Part shown: in pieces, positions 1 through 7,223 of the stretch
Numbering within the stretch: position 1 is the stretch's first letter
How the letters are laid out: the number at the start of each line of letters is the position of its first letter
Origin: Candidatus Uhrbacteria bacterium RIFOXYA2_FULL_40_9
GTDB taxonomy: Bacteria; Patescibacteriota; Patescibacteriia; UBA9934; GWF2-40-263
Length of the DNA: 41,135 bases
Reading direction: 5' to 3'
NCBI GenBank assembly: GCA_001791615.1
Contig: MGEY01000054.1
Span: forward strand, 1-41,135
Made by a program: the position numbers and the translations under genes
Notes under the pieces: generated by a model
Told to the model about the DNA's origin: nothing
The model's database searches: none
The model's input: only the letters and a program-made list of their open reading frames with translations

Positions 1-80
1 ACTACATTACAAAGATGATGCTCGCTTTTATTCCCTTTGTTCAGCTTGTATCGTTCATGAAGCATCACCTTGTTTGACAT
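1..80 (-). CDS. Hypothetical protein, N-terminal fragment only (continues past the left edge)
   Basis: Reverse-strand ATG at 80-78 opens a frame (MSNKVMLHERYKLNKGNKSEHHLCNV...) with no stop before position 1. It lies just downstream of a minus-strand terminator. No recognisable motif. Confidence 0.25.
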   Translation of the reverse strand, partial: MSNKVMLHERYKLNKGNKSEHHLCNV

Positions 81-87
81 AGAGCCT

Positions 88-111
88 AAAAAAACCTCGC
101 AAGAAGGCGAG
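88..111 (-). terminator. Rho-independent terminator candidate (minus strand)
   Basis: CTCGC(96-100)/GCGAG(107-111) 5-bp stem with a 6-nt loop. On the minus strand it is followed by T7 (complement of A88-A94). Confidence 0.45.
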
Positions 112-660
112 ATTATTTTCGAAAAGTCTTAAGGTAATGAGATCACTGAAAAGGTTTAGTGATGAGTGGAAAGATCTCCTTGCAAGAAAGAAGAGTGAAA
201 GAGCGAATTTTCTTTACAGGCAACAGCAAAAGGAGCGTTTATTCTATTGTGACTATGATAATGACCTCAGGGAGTTTGATTGTACCAATTTCCTGGGTCA
301 CAGATGCCGTTCTCAACAAATGAAGCTTGTCATGAGACTGGACAGAGGATGGGGGTTCCTTTTGTCTGCTCACGTGCAAGCAAAAAAGAACGGTCTTTGT
401 TTTGCTACGTTGTGGCGGGAGTGGGCTTGTGTCCGTCCGCCATCTATCAACCTTGCGAAGTTGTCTTCACAAGGATAGGGGTATTTAAGCTTTTGAGAAA
501 AGAAATGTCAATGGTTCGTTCCAAAATTTCGAATATGTGGACAAGTCAGAATAGAACGTACACGGGGAAAGATGTTCAAGAGTCTTTGTGGATAAATATT
601 TCATTTTCTTTCTTTTACAGGGGAAATGAAATGGGATCATGTGTTGACGGTAGGGAAAGG

Positions 661-695
661 GTGGCATAAAATGGTTGTAGGTGGAACAAAGTGGG
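661..695 (+). promoter_or_regulatory. MraZ-box-like array: GTGG/ATGG/GTGG/GTGG at exact 10-bp phasing
   Basis: GTGGC ataaa ATGGT tgtag GTGGA acaaa GTGGG at 661, 671, 681 and 691, about 65 nt upstream of the mraZ ATG. This matches the known MraZ operator logic of GTGGG-type direct repeats with 5-nt spacers. Confidence 0.55.
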
Positions 696-758
696 GACTG
701 GACGAAATGTCTGGTGCTCACATTTTATTTCTTAATTTTTCCACCCACCACGCCTCCT

Positions 759-1190
759 ATGTTCATTGGCGAGTACAAACATACGATCGACGACAAAGGA
801 CGACTGGCAATCCCTATGAAATTTCGGGGAGACCTTGCAAAAGGAGCCGTGGTTACGCGAGGTCTTGATGCATCTCTTTTCTTGTACCCCAAGGAGGAGT
901 GGGACAAGCTAGCTCAAAAGTTAGCAAGTTTGCCCCTGGGGCAATCTAATAGCCGCGCATTCGCCCGACTCATGCTTGCGGGTGCAATGGATGCCGTATT
1001 AGATAAACAAGGAAGGCTCGTGCTACCCGAATATCTGCGGGATTACGCCGGTCTTCAAAAACAAGTGGTTGTGGCCGGCTTATATAATCGTCTTGAACTT
1101 TGGGATGAAAGCCATTGGCAATCCTATAAGTCTGCGATGGAACTCGAAGTGGGTGACATTGCAGAAAAATTGGGGGAACTAGGTGTTTAA
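759..1190 (+). CDS. mraZ: Transcriptional regulator MraZ
   Basis: MFIGEYKHTIDDKGRLAIPMKFR... is the canonical MraZ N-terminus and a second DxxGR-type half (DKQGRLVLP) follows. I chose the internal ATG at 759 over the ORF-track start at 681. rsmH follows. Confidence 0.9.
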   Translation: MFIGEYKHTIDDKGRLAIPMKFRGDLAKGAVVTRGLDASLFLYPKEEWDKLAQKLASLPLGQSNSRAFARLMLAGAMDAVLDKQGRLVLPEYLRDYAGLQKQVVVAGLYNRLELWDESHWQSYKSAMELEVGDIAEKLGELGV

Positions 1191-1296
1191 TTCTTATCCA
1201 ATTGGTGCTTGAGGGCGCCAGGTTGGAAATCGTCTGTGGGTTCATGAACCTTTCCTGCAGACGCTTTCCAGCCCGGCATCCTGAGGCAAGATTTGT

Positions 1297-2184
1297 ATGG
1301 ATCAACAGATCATACATGTACCCGTCTTGCTTCAAGAGGTACTTGTGTACCTAAAACCGGAGCCGAAAAAAGTCTTCATTGATGGCACTGTGGGGCAGGG
1401 AGGACACGCCTTTGAGATTCTCAAGCGTGTTCTTCCTGAGGGCCGTCTGCTCGCGATCGATCGTGATCCGCATAATCTTGAAATAGCACGAGATCGTTTA
1501 GCAGATTACACAGATGCCGTTATTTTTGTCTGCGGAAGTTTCGCAGAATGTAAGAAGTACGCTTATGCTTCCAAATATCCTCAAGTTGACGGTATCTTAT
1601 TGGACCTTGGTTTCAGTTCTTATCATATCCAAGACCCCGCCAGGGGATTTTCTTTCTTGGCTGAAGGCGTTTTGGACATGAGGTATAACCCAGAAGAACA
1701 AATTGAGACCGCTGCGGATATAGTGAATACCTGGTCAGAAGAAGAACTTGCCGAGATTTTCCGTAAGTATGGAGAAGAACGACAAGCTCGATCCATTGCT
1801 CAAGCAATCATCAAGAACCGTAAACAAAAAAAGATCATCACCACAAAAGATTTATCAGAAGTTGTTCAACAGGTGGTGAAGCGCCACGGAAAAGTTCATC
1901 CTGCCACAAAAGTTTTTCAAGCCTTACGTATTGCAGTAAATGATGAGTTGGGAGAAATAGAACGTGCGTTGCCAGATCTTGTTGAACTTCTTAAACCAGG
2001 TGGCCGACTAGTAATCATTTCTTTTCATTCTTTAGAAGACCGATTAATCAAGCAATTTATTAAGGAACATTCAGAGTTGGATGTTTTGACAAAAAAACCC
2101 GTTTGTCCGACAGAAGAAGAAATACGGGCAAATCCACGAGCCAGAAGTGCAAAACTGCGCGTTGCTCAAAAACGATTTCTATGA
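1297..2184 (+). CDS. rsmH: 16S rRNA (cytosine1402-N4)-methyltransferase RsmH
   Basis: HVPVLLQEV, DGTVGQGGH, LLDLGFSS and SFHSLEDRLIK motifs. Standard position after mraZ. Confidence 0.93.
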   Translation: MDQQIIHVPVLLQEVLVYLKPEPKKVFIDGTVGQGGHAFEILKRVLPEGRLLAIDRDPHNLEIARDRLADYTDAVIFVCGSFAECKKYAYASKYPQVDGILLDLGFSSYHIQDPARGFSFLAEGVLDMRYNPEEQIETAADIVNTWSEEELAEIFRKYGEERQARSIAQAIIKNRKQKKIITTKDLSEVVQQVVKRHGKVHPATKVFQALRIAVNDELGEIERALPDLVELLKPGGRLVIISFHSLEDRLIKQFIKEHSELDVLTKKPVCPTEEEIRANPRARSAKLRVAQKRFL

Positions 2185-2531
2185 GTCATTCTTTCAGTCT
2201 TTTTTCTCAAATCAAACGATCGCGAACACTATTGCATTGGGTAAATAACCATTTTGCAACGGTGAATCTTGTCGGACTTTTTGTTGTCATCTGTCTTTGT
2301 AGTATTTACATTGTGCAAGTGAATAAAGCCGTGGCTCAAGGGTATGAGATGCGTGAGTATGAAAATGTGATCAGTGAACTTACATTGCAGAATCAAAAGT
2401 TGGAAGTTGATGTTCGCCAAGCGCAATCTTTGGAAAATGTGACACGCGCGGTAAAAATGTTAGGCTTTACCTCATCCACACAACCTTTCTATTTAGAGAC
2501 AACCATTCCAAGCTACGCATTAGCTGAATAA
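2181..2531 (+). CDS. FtsL-like cell division protein (single TM helix plus coiled coil)
   Basis: ATGA overlap with the rsmH stop. 116 aa with one TM helix (VNLVGLFVVICLCSIYIV) followed by a heptad-like region. Positional equivalent of ftsL in dcw clusters. Confidence 0.6.
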   Translation: MSHSFSLFSQIKRSRTLLHWVNNHFATVNLVGLFVVICLCSIYIVQVNKAVAQGYEMREYENVISELTLQNQKLEVDVRQAQSLENVTRAVKMLGFTSSTQPFYLETTIPSYALAE

Positions 2532-2548
2532 GAGAAAATGAGAAGAAA

Positions 2549-2570
2549 CGAGCCAAAAAGCTCGCTTTTT
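2549..2570 (+). terminator. Weak rho-independent terminator candidate
   Basis: CGAGC caaaaa GCTCG followed by cttttt. Confidence 0.4.
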
Positions 2571-2641
2571 GTATTGACAAAAGCAAGCATTTGTTCTAAG
2601 TTTTTCTCTTTTTCTTTTAAAAAGATGAAAGGTACTTGTTA

Positions 2642-2650
2642 TGCTATAAT
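2642..2650 (+). promoter_or_regulatory. Extended -10 promoter element TGcTATAAT
   Basis: TGcTATAAT lies 31 nt upstream of the ATG at 2682. A TTGACA-17-TAAGTT alternative sits at 2574-2602. Confidence 0.45.
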
Positions 2651-2681
2651 AAGCTTATCTAAATTTGTCTAATCATTATTT

Positions 2682-2993
2682 ATGAAATGTAAAAATCTTC
2701 CTTGCCTTGGCTTGCTTCAAGCCTTTAGTGTCAGTTTTTACATCGGCCTCATCAGTGTCTTTTTTACCTATGTTGCTCCAAATCTGCCATCACACCCATT
2801 TGTGATTGGTATGATTATGCTCACGCTTTTAGTTTTTTCCGCAGCCGTGACAGGATCTTTGGTGTTTGGTTATCCTGTGTATCTTATTTTGAACAAACAA
2901 ACAAAAGAAGGAGTTAGTATCTTTGCTTACACGTTGTTGTTTCTTGTTGTTATTCTCGCCATTTTAATTAGTCTTTTTTCTTTGTTTAGTTAA
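2682..2993 (+). CDS. Small integral membrane protein (about 3 TM), unknown function
   Basis: 103 aa and almost entirely hydrophobic helices. No motif recognised. Confidence 0.55.
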   Translation: MKCKNLPCLGLLQAFSVSFYIGLISVFFTYVAPNLPSHPFVIGMIMLTLLVFSAAVTGSLVFGYPVYLILNKQTKEGVSIFAYTLLFLVVILAILISLFSLFS

Positions 2994-3005
2994 TTACTAT
3001 TCCAT

Positions 3006-3791
3006 ATGACGCTTTTGTCGATTCTTCTTGCAACGTTTATCGTGAGTTTTATTTCTTTTGTTGGAGCTTTTGCTCTCATTTTTTCCAAGAACATGTTGGA
3101 TAAAATTCTTTCCATCCTCGTTGCTTTAGCAGGGGGAGGACTCATGGGAGGGGCGTTTCTTCATCTTATTCCGGAATCTCTTTTTGAAATCGGGAGTGAT
3201 GAATTGTCTATTTTGTGGATTTTTATTCTTGTTATTTTCGGATTTTGTTTCTTTTTAGTGATTGAACAGTTTCTTCATTGGCATCACCATCATCATGTTC
3301 ATGCTTCTTCTTGCCATGATTGTGAAGAAAACAAAAAAGCTCCGATGTCTTATCTCATTCTTGTTGGAGATGGAGTACACAATTTGATTGATGGACTCGT
3401 GATAGCTGCTTCTTTTTTGGTGAGTCCGATGGCAGGAATTATCACAACAATTGCTGTTGCTTTGCACGAGATTCCACAAGAAATTGGAGATTTCGGTGTT
3501 CTTGTGTACAGTGGTTTTAAACGATGGAAAGCTCTTCTTGCGAATTTTCTTTCAGGACTTACTGCAGTTATTGGTGGTGTTATTGGGTTTCTTTTTGCTG
3601 CACAAGTTGAAGGATCTATTGTGTATTTGTTACCAATTGCTGCCGGTGGTTTTATTTATATTGCGGCTTCAGATCTTGTTCCAGAGATTAAACATGAAAA
3701 GCATGCAGGAAGGCTTGCGTTGAATTTTTTTGTTTTTCTTTTGGGAATTAGTTTGATGTTGCTTATGAAGTTTCTCCCCTTTGCAGAATAA
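3006..3791 (+). CDS. ZIP family divalent metal (zinc) transporter
   Basis: Multi-TM protein with a His-rich loop (HWHHHHHVHASSCHDC) and the ZIP signature helix HNLIDGL...ALHEIPQEIGDF. Confidence 0.85.
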   Translation: MTLLSILLATFIVSFISFVGAFALIFSKNMLDKILSILVALAGGGLMGGAFLHLIPESLFEIGSDELSILWIFILVIFGFCFFLVIEQFLHWHHHHHVHASSCHDCEENKKAPMSYLILVGDGVHNLIDGLVIAASFLVSPMAGIITTIAVALHEIPQEIGDFGVLVYSGFKRWKALLANFLSGLTAVIGGVIGFLFAAQVEGSIVYLLPIAAGGFIYIAASDLVPEIKHEKHAGRLALNFFVFLLGISLMLLMKFLPFAE

Positions 3792-3796
3792 TTTAT

Positions 3797-5212
3797 ATGA
3801 AACCACTTAAATTTTTTAATACACTCACGCGGAAAAAGGAACCATTTCAATCAATTCATGAAGGGAAGGTTGGAATGTATTGTTGTGGACCAACCGTGTA
3901 TTGGTATGCCCACATTGGAAATATGCGTGCATTTATTTTTGATGATTTGTTGAAACGAACATTGAAATATCAAGAATATAAGGTGAGATCTGTGGTGAAT
4001 ATTACAGATGTTGGGCATTTAACAAGTGATGAAGATGAAGGGGAAGATAAAATGGTGGTGGCGATGCGTCGGGAAGGAAAGAGTGCTTACGACATTGCAC
4101 GATTTTATGAAGAAGCCTTTTTGAAGAATCTCGTTCAGTTAAACATAGAGCCCTTTGATGTTTATCCTCGCGCAACCGAGCATATTCCTGAACAAATTGC
4201 TTTGATCAAAAAAATCGAAGCTAACGGGTTTACCTATAAAACCTCTGATGGTCTTTACTTTGACACATCAAAACTTTCTGCATACGGAAAACTTTCTGGT
4301 CAAAGAGCAGAAGAAAAACAAGCAGGGATCCGAGTGGAAGTTGGAGAAAAGAAACATCCAACAGATTTCGCACTTTGGAAATTTTCTCCAAAAGAGGTGC
4401 AACGTGAAATGGAATGGGAATCACCTTGGGGAATAGGATTTCCAGGATGGCACATAGAATGTTCTGCCATGAGCGCAAAGTATTTAGGAGTTCCTTTTGA
4501 CATTCATACAGGGGGAGAAGATCACATTGCGGTCCATCATGAAAATGAAATCGCACAAACACAAGCAGCAGATGGAGTACTTCAGGCAAATTACTGGATG
4601 CATAATAGTTATTTGCAAGTTGATGGAGGAAAGATGAGCAAATCTCTTGGAAATCTTTTTACGGTTGAGGAATTAGAAGCAAAAGGTTTTGATCCGCTTT
4701 CCCTACGCTATTTCTTTTTAGGAGCACACTATCGATCAAAACAGAATTTTACTTTAGAAGCACTTGAGGCTTCACAAAAAGCCTTACATCGATTAATTGA
4801 TCTTGTGCGAGGGTGGGATCAGCCCGCTTTAGAAGGGATTCCATATTATGAGGAATTGTTTGAGCAAGCTGTGAGTGATGATTTGAACATTCCACAAGCT
4901 TTAGCTGTTGTGTGGGAAATGGTAGATTCTGATTTTTCTTCTTCTGCAAAAGCCGTCAGTTTGTTGAAGTTTGATGAAGTACTTGGATTGAAACTTGTTG
5001 ATTACATTGCAAAACCTCTCGAGATTACCAAAGAGGTTCAAGAATTACTTAATCAACGTCAAAAAGCACGAGAAGAAAAAGATTGGGAAGCCTCTGATCG
5101 GGTTCGTGATCAAATTGCCGAACTTGGGTATTTGGTAGAAGATAGTGCTGACGGACAGCGGATAAGGGGTCAAGGCTTCAGTCTTCACTTTTTCAAAAAA
5201 CAAGACAAATAA
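3797..5212 (+). CDS. cysS: Cysteine--tRNA ligase
   Basis: CGPTVYWYAHIGN (HIGH-class motif), WHIECS and KMSKSLGN. Confidence 0.95.
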   Translation: MKPLKFFNTLTRKKEPFQSIHEGKVGMYCCGPTVYWYAHIGNMRAFIFDDLLKRTLKYQEYKVRSVVNITDVGHLTSDEDEGEDKMVVAMRREGKSAYDIARFYEEAFLKNLVQLNIEPFDVYPRATEHIPEQIALIKKIEANGFTYKTSDGLYFDTSKLSAYGKLSGQRAEEKQAGIRVEVGEKKHPTDFALWKFSPKEVQREMEWESPWGIGFPGWHIECSAMSAKYLGVPFDIHTGGEDHIAVHHENEIAQTQAADGVLQANYWMHNSYLQVDGGKMSKSLGNLFTVEELEAKGFDPLSLRYFFLGAHYRSKQNFTLEALEASQKALHRLIDLVRGWDQPALEGIPYYEELFEQAVSDDLNIPQALAVVWEMVDSDFSSSAKAVSLLKFDEVLGLKLVDYIAKPLEITKEVQELLNQRQKAREEKDWEASDRVRDQIAELGYLVEDSADGQRIRGQGFSLHFFKKQDK

Positions 5213-5225
5213 CAACAAAAATTAA

Positions 5226-5251
5226 ACATCCGTATTATCGGGTGTTTTTTT
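5226..5251 (+). terminator. Rho-independent terminator after cysS
   Basis: ACATCCG tattat CGGGTGT (7 bp including one G-T pair) followed by T6. Confidence 0.7.
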
Positions 5252-5265
5252 GGGTATCACAACGA

Positions 5266-5294
5266 TTGACGAAACTGTGAAAGATTGCTATTCT
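5266..5294 (+). promoter_or_regulatory. Sigma70-type promoter TTGACG-17-TATTCT
   Basis: TTGACG at 5266-5271, a 17-nt spacer, TATTCT at 5289-5294. This would give a leader of about 185 nt before the ATG at 5488. Confidence 0.5.
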
Positions 5295-5487
5295 TTCTTG
5301 CCATTTGGATGAAGAAAAGAGTTGTTAACAAACAGTTCTTTCCTTCATCCAAACAGTCACGGGGCATGGGCACAAGATTCGGCCATGAAGGGTCGACTTG
5401 TGGCATCCGCTTTACCCATGCGATCGGGCTGTTTGCACACACCGCACCCAGGCGCTCTTGTGAGAGACTTGGGTCAAAGGAGGTTGC

Positions 5488-6576
5488 ATGAAGGACTACA
5501 TGACAGGCGTCAAACGTCTTCCACATTTCATTCGTTGGTTGATTGCATTAATGGTAGTATTTATCAGTCTGTTTTTCTTGCGTGGTGTTGCTGTTTCATT
5601 TTACTATGGGGAAAATTTTCAGGCTTGTTTTCAAGGAATTTCTGTTCTTTTTATTTATGGATTACTGATTTGGTTCTGGTATGCAAATGGGATTCTCAAG
5701 CACCTGTGGTATGAATCTAAACAAGACTTTGAATCAATTCGTGAACAGATAAAAGTTGATCGTAGTGAAGTTACAGTGAAGAATACACAAGTGAGAGCAC
5801 TTGAAGACCTTCTGCAGAGGCTGTGTGGGTTGCCAACTTTAGGTGCGGGGTCTTTTAATGCTCGATTCGATCACTACAGCCAGGAGGTCGGCAGGTACAT
5901 TGCTGTATATGTCGAATCACTGCCTTTTTATGATGTTCAGCCTGATGCGCGTATTCGAGACGCTCAGGCAAACGTCTGGGCATTCGAACGTTGTCTCAAT
6001 TTGCTTTTTGTACAGCACCAGATGATCCGTGAGATCGGGACGACTCTCGATCTTTCCTTTGTAGATGCTTGCAATGTAACAGATGAGCAGATTGAAGAAA
6101 GTAGACAAGCTGTTTTGGTAGCTCTCCAACAGATGAAGGCACAGGCAGATCAAGTCCACAAGCTCGAGACTAAAAAGGAAGAACTCTCCATTGCACTGCT
6201 GGGACTCACTGTTAGCGTTGCTTGTGTACTTTATAAACTTCGTCCTGAAAAACGTGTGGAAGAGATGACTGAAGAAGAAATGCGAAAGACTCTTCTGGAA
6301 GCCATTCGTGGTTATCGGCAAGGAAGAGAGGAAATGGTTGAAAGTTTCATTCTCGGTCTTGAGACAATGAAGATTGATTTTGAAAAGATTCGTTTGAACG
6401 CAGAATGGAGTCCTGAGGATCTCGAGATTGTGAGAGCAAGTCTTAAGGATACTGTGCAGAAGTGGCTTCGGGAGCGTAAACTTTTGGGTCGCAAGGATGG
6501 CACAGATCATCCTCAGGCTAGGGCATTGATCGAATTTTGCCTGGTTCAGCCTCTTGTTGAAAGCAAAAAGCAGTAA
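5488..6576 (+). CDS. Membrane-anchored helical/coiled-coil protein, unknown function (GC-rich islet A)
   Basis: AAGGAGG (5477-5483) lies 4 nt before the ATG. Two N-terminal TM helices are followed by a long helical, charged C-terminal region. G+C is visibly higher than in the flanks. Confidence 0.7.
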   Translation: MKDYMTGVKRLPHFIRWLIALMVVFISLFFLRGVAVSFYYGENFQACFQGISVLFIYGLLIWFWYANGILKHLWYESKQDFESIREQIKVDRSEVTVKNTQVRALEDLLQRLCGLPTLGAGSFNARFDHYSQEVGRYIAVYVESLPFYDVQPDARIRDAQANVWAFERCLNLLFVQHQMIREIGTTLDLSFVDACNVTDEQIEESRQAVLVALQQMKAQADQVHKLETKKEELSIALLGLTVSVACVLYKLRPEKRVEEMTEEEMRKTLLEAIRGYRQGREEMVESFILGLETMKIDFEKIRLNAEWSPEDLEIVRASLKDTVQKWLRERKLLGRKDGTDHPQARALIEFCLVQPLVESKKQ

Positions 6577-6598
6577 CTGGTAAGTAGTCGCGTTACGG

Positions 6599-6626
6599 AG
6601 CATTCCCTTTGTTGGATGCTTTTTTG
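6599..6626 (+). terminator. Rho-independent terminator
   Basis: AGCATTC / GGATGCT stem (7 bp with one G-T pair) followed by T6. Confidence 0.6.
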
Positions 6627-6662
6627 TTTGGGGATAGTCATCTCGTAGTATTCTCTTTTTTT

Positions 6663-6671
6663 TGATACAAT
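6663..6671 (+). promoter_or_regulatory. Extended -10 (TGaTACAAT) 9 nt from the start codon: leaderless-type promoter
   Basis: TACAAT at 6666-6671, ATG at 6681, and no SD between them. Confidence 0.45.
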
Positions 6672-6680
6672 AAAGGCACT

Positions 6681-7223
6681 ATGAATTCCTCACAGATGCA
6701 AAAAACAGAAAAAGAACATTCAGAAGAACATGGTTCTCTTGCTCCTGAACAAATCACAAAGCCTCGTGAAGAAGAATCTGTCAAAGAAACGAAGGAAATT
6801 TATCTTGAAACAAAAGAGGATAGAGAAGAACAAGAAGAGCAGGAAGAACAAGAAGAACAGGTCCTTGCGGAAGAAATTTCCACTGCACCTTCTCCTGTTT
6901 CAGTTGTGCCTGTCAAAGATCAACTTGATAAACAGCTTGAGTCATTACTTTCACAAGATCTTACAGATATTTTTCTTCAAATGACTCCTGAGCAACAGGT
7001 TGCTTTTAAGGCTAAAGGAGAAGAAACAGCTTCAAAGATTCGGGAAATGATCAATCAAACAAAAGTGAGTGCAAGGAAGATTTTTCATCTTATTCGTGAA
7101 TGGCTCAAAATGATTCCAGGAGTGAATAAATTCTTCCTTGAAAAGGAGGCAAAAATAAAAACAGACAAAATTGTGTTGGTGGCAAAAGAGGAGGAAGGCC
7201 GTCAACAAGACACACTTACATGA
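6681..7223 (+). CDS. Acidic Glu-rich hypothetical protein
   Basis: 180 aa with an (EEQ)n tract and an amphipathic C-terminal half (KIFHLIREWLKMIPGVNKFFLEKEAKIKTDKI). Its stop overlaps the next start (ATGA at 7220). Confidence 0.65.
   Translation: MNSSQMQKTEKEHSEEHGSLAPEQITKPREEESVKETKEIYLETKEDREEQEEQEEQEEQVLAEEISTAPSPVSVVPVKDQLDKQLESLLSQDLTDIFLQMTPEQQVAFKAKGEETASKIREMINQTKVSARKIFHLIREWLKMIPGVNKFFLEKEAKIKTDKIVLVAKEEEGRQQDTLT

Noticed and set aside
137-721. ORFs 137-478 (+), 280-669 (+) and 485-721 (-) upstream of mraZ.
   Set aside because: They overlap one another, lack start signals and have no protein-like motifs. I report the region as unassigned non-coding sequence instead.
5360-5480. 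Tested whether the GC-rich stretches at 5360-5480 and 113-660 are tmRNA, RNase P RNA or SRP RNA.
   Set aside because: I found none of the expected elements: no GGAAAGUCC-type P4 element, no tRNA-like T arm plus CCA end, no tag-peptide reading frame and no SRP domain IV motif. A covariance-model scan is still needed.
5917-6603. 228-aa minus-strand ORF opposite the 5488-6576 gene.
   Set aside because: It is an antisense shadow of a GC-rich + strand gene that has an SD, a promoter and a terminator. It would run through that terminator.
6825-6860. GAAGAACAA-type trinucleotide repeat encoding (EEQ)4.
   Set aside because: It is short, in-frame, low-complexity sequence inside an already acidic protein. 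It is not a distinct element.
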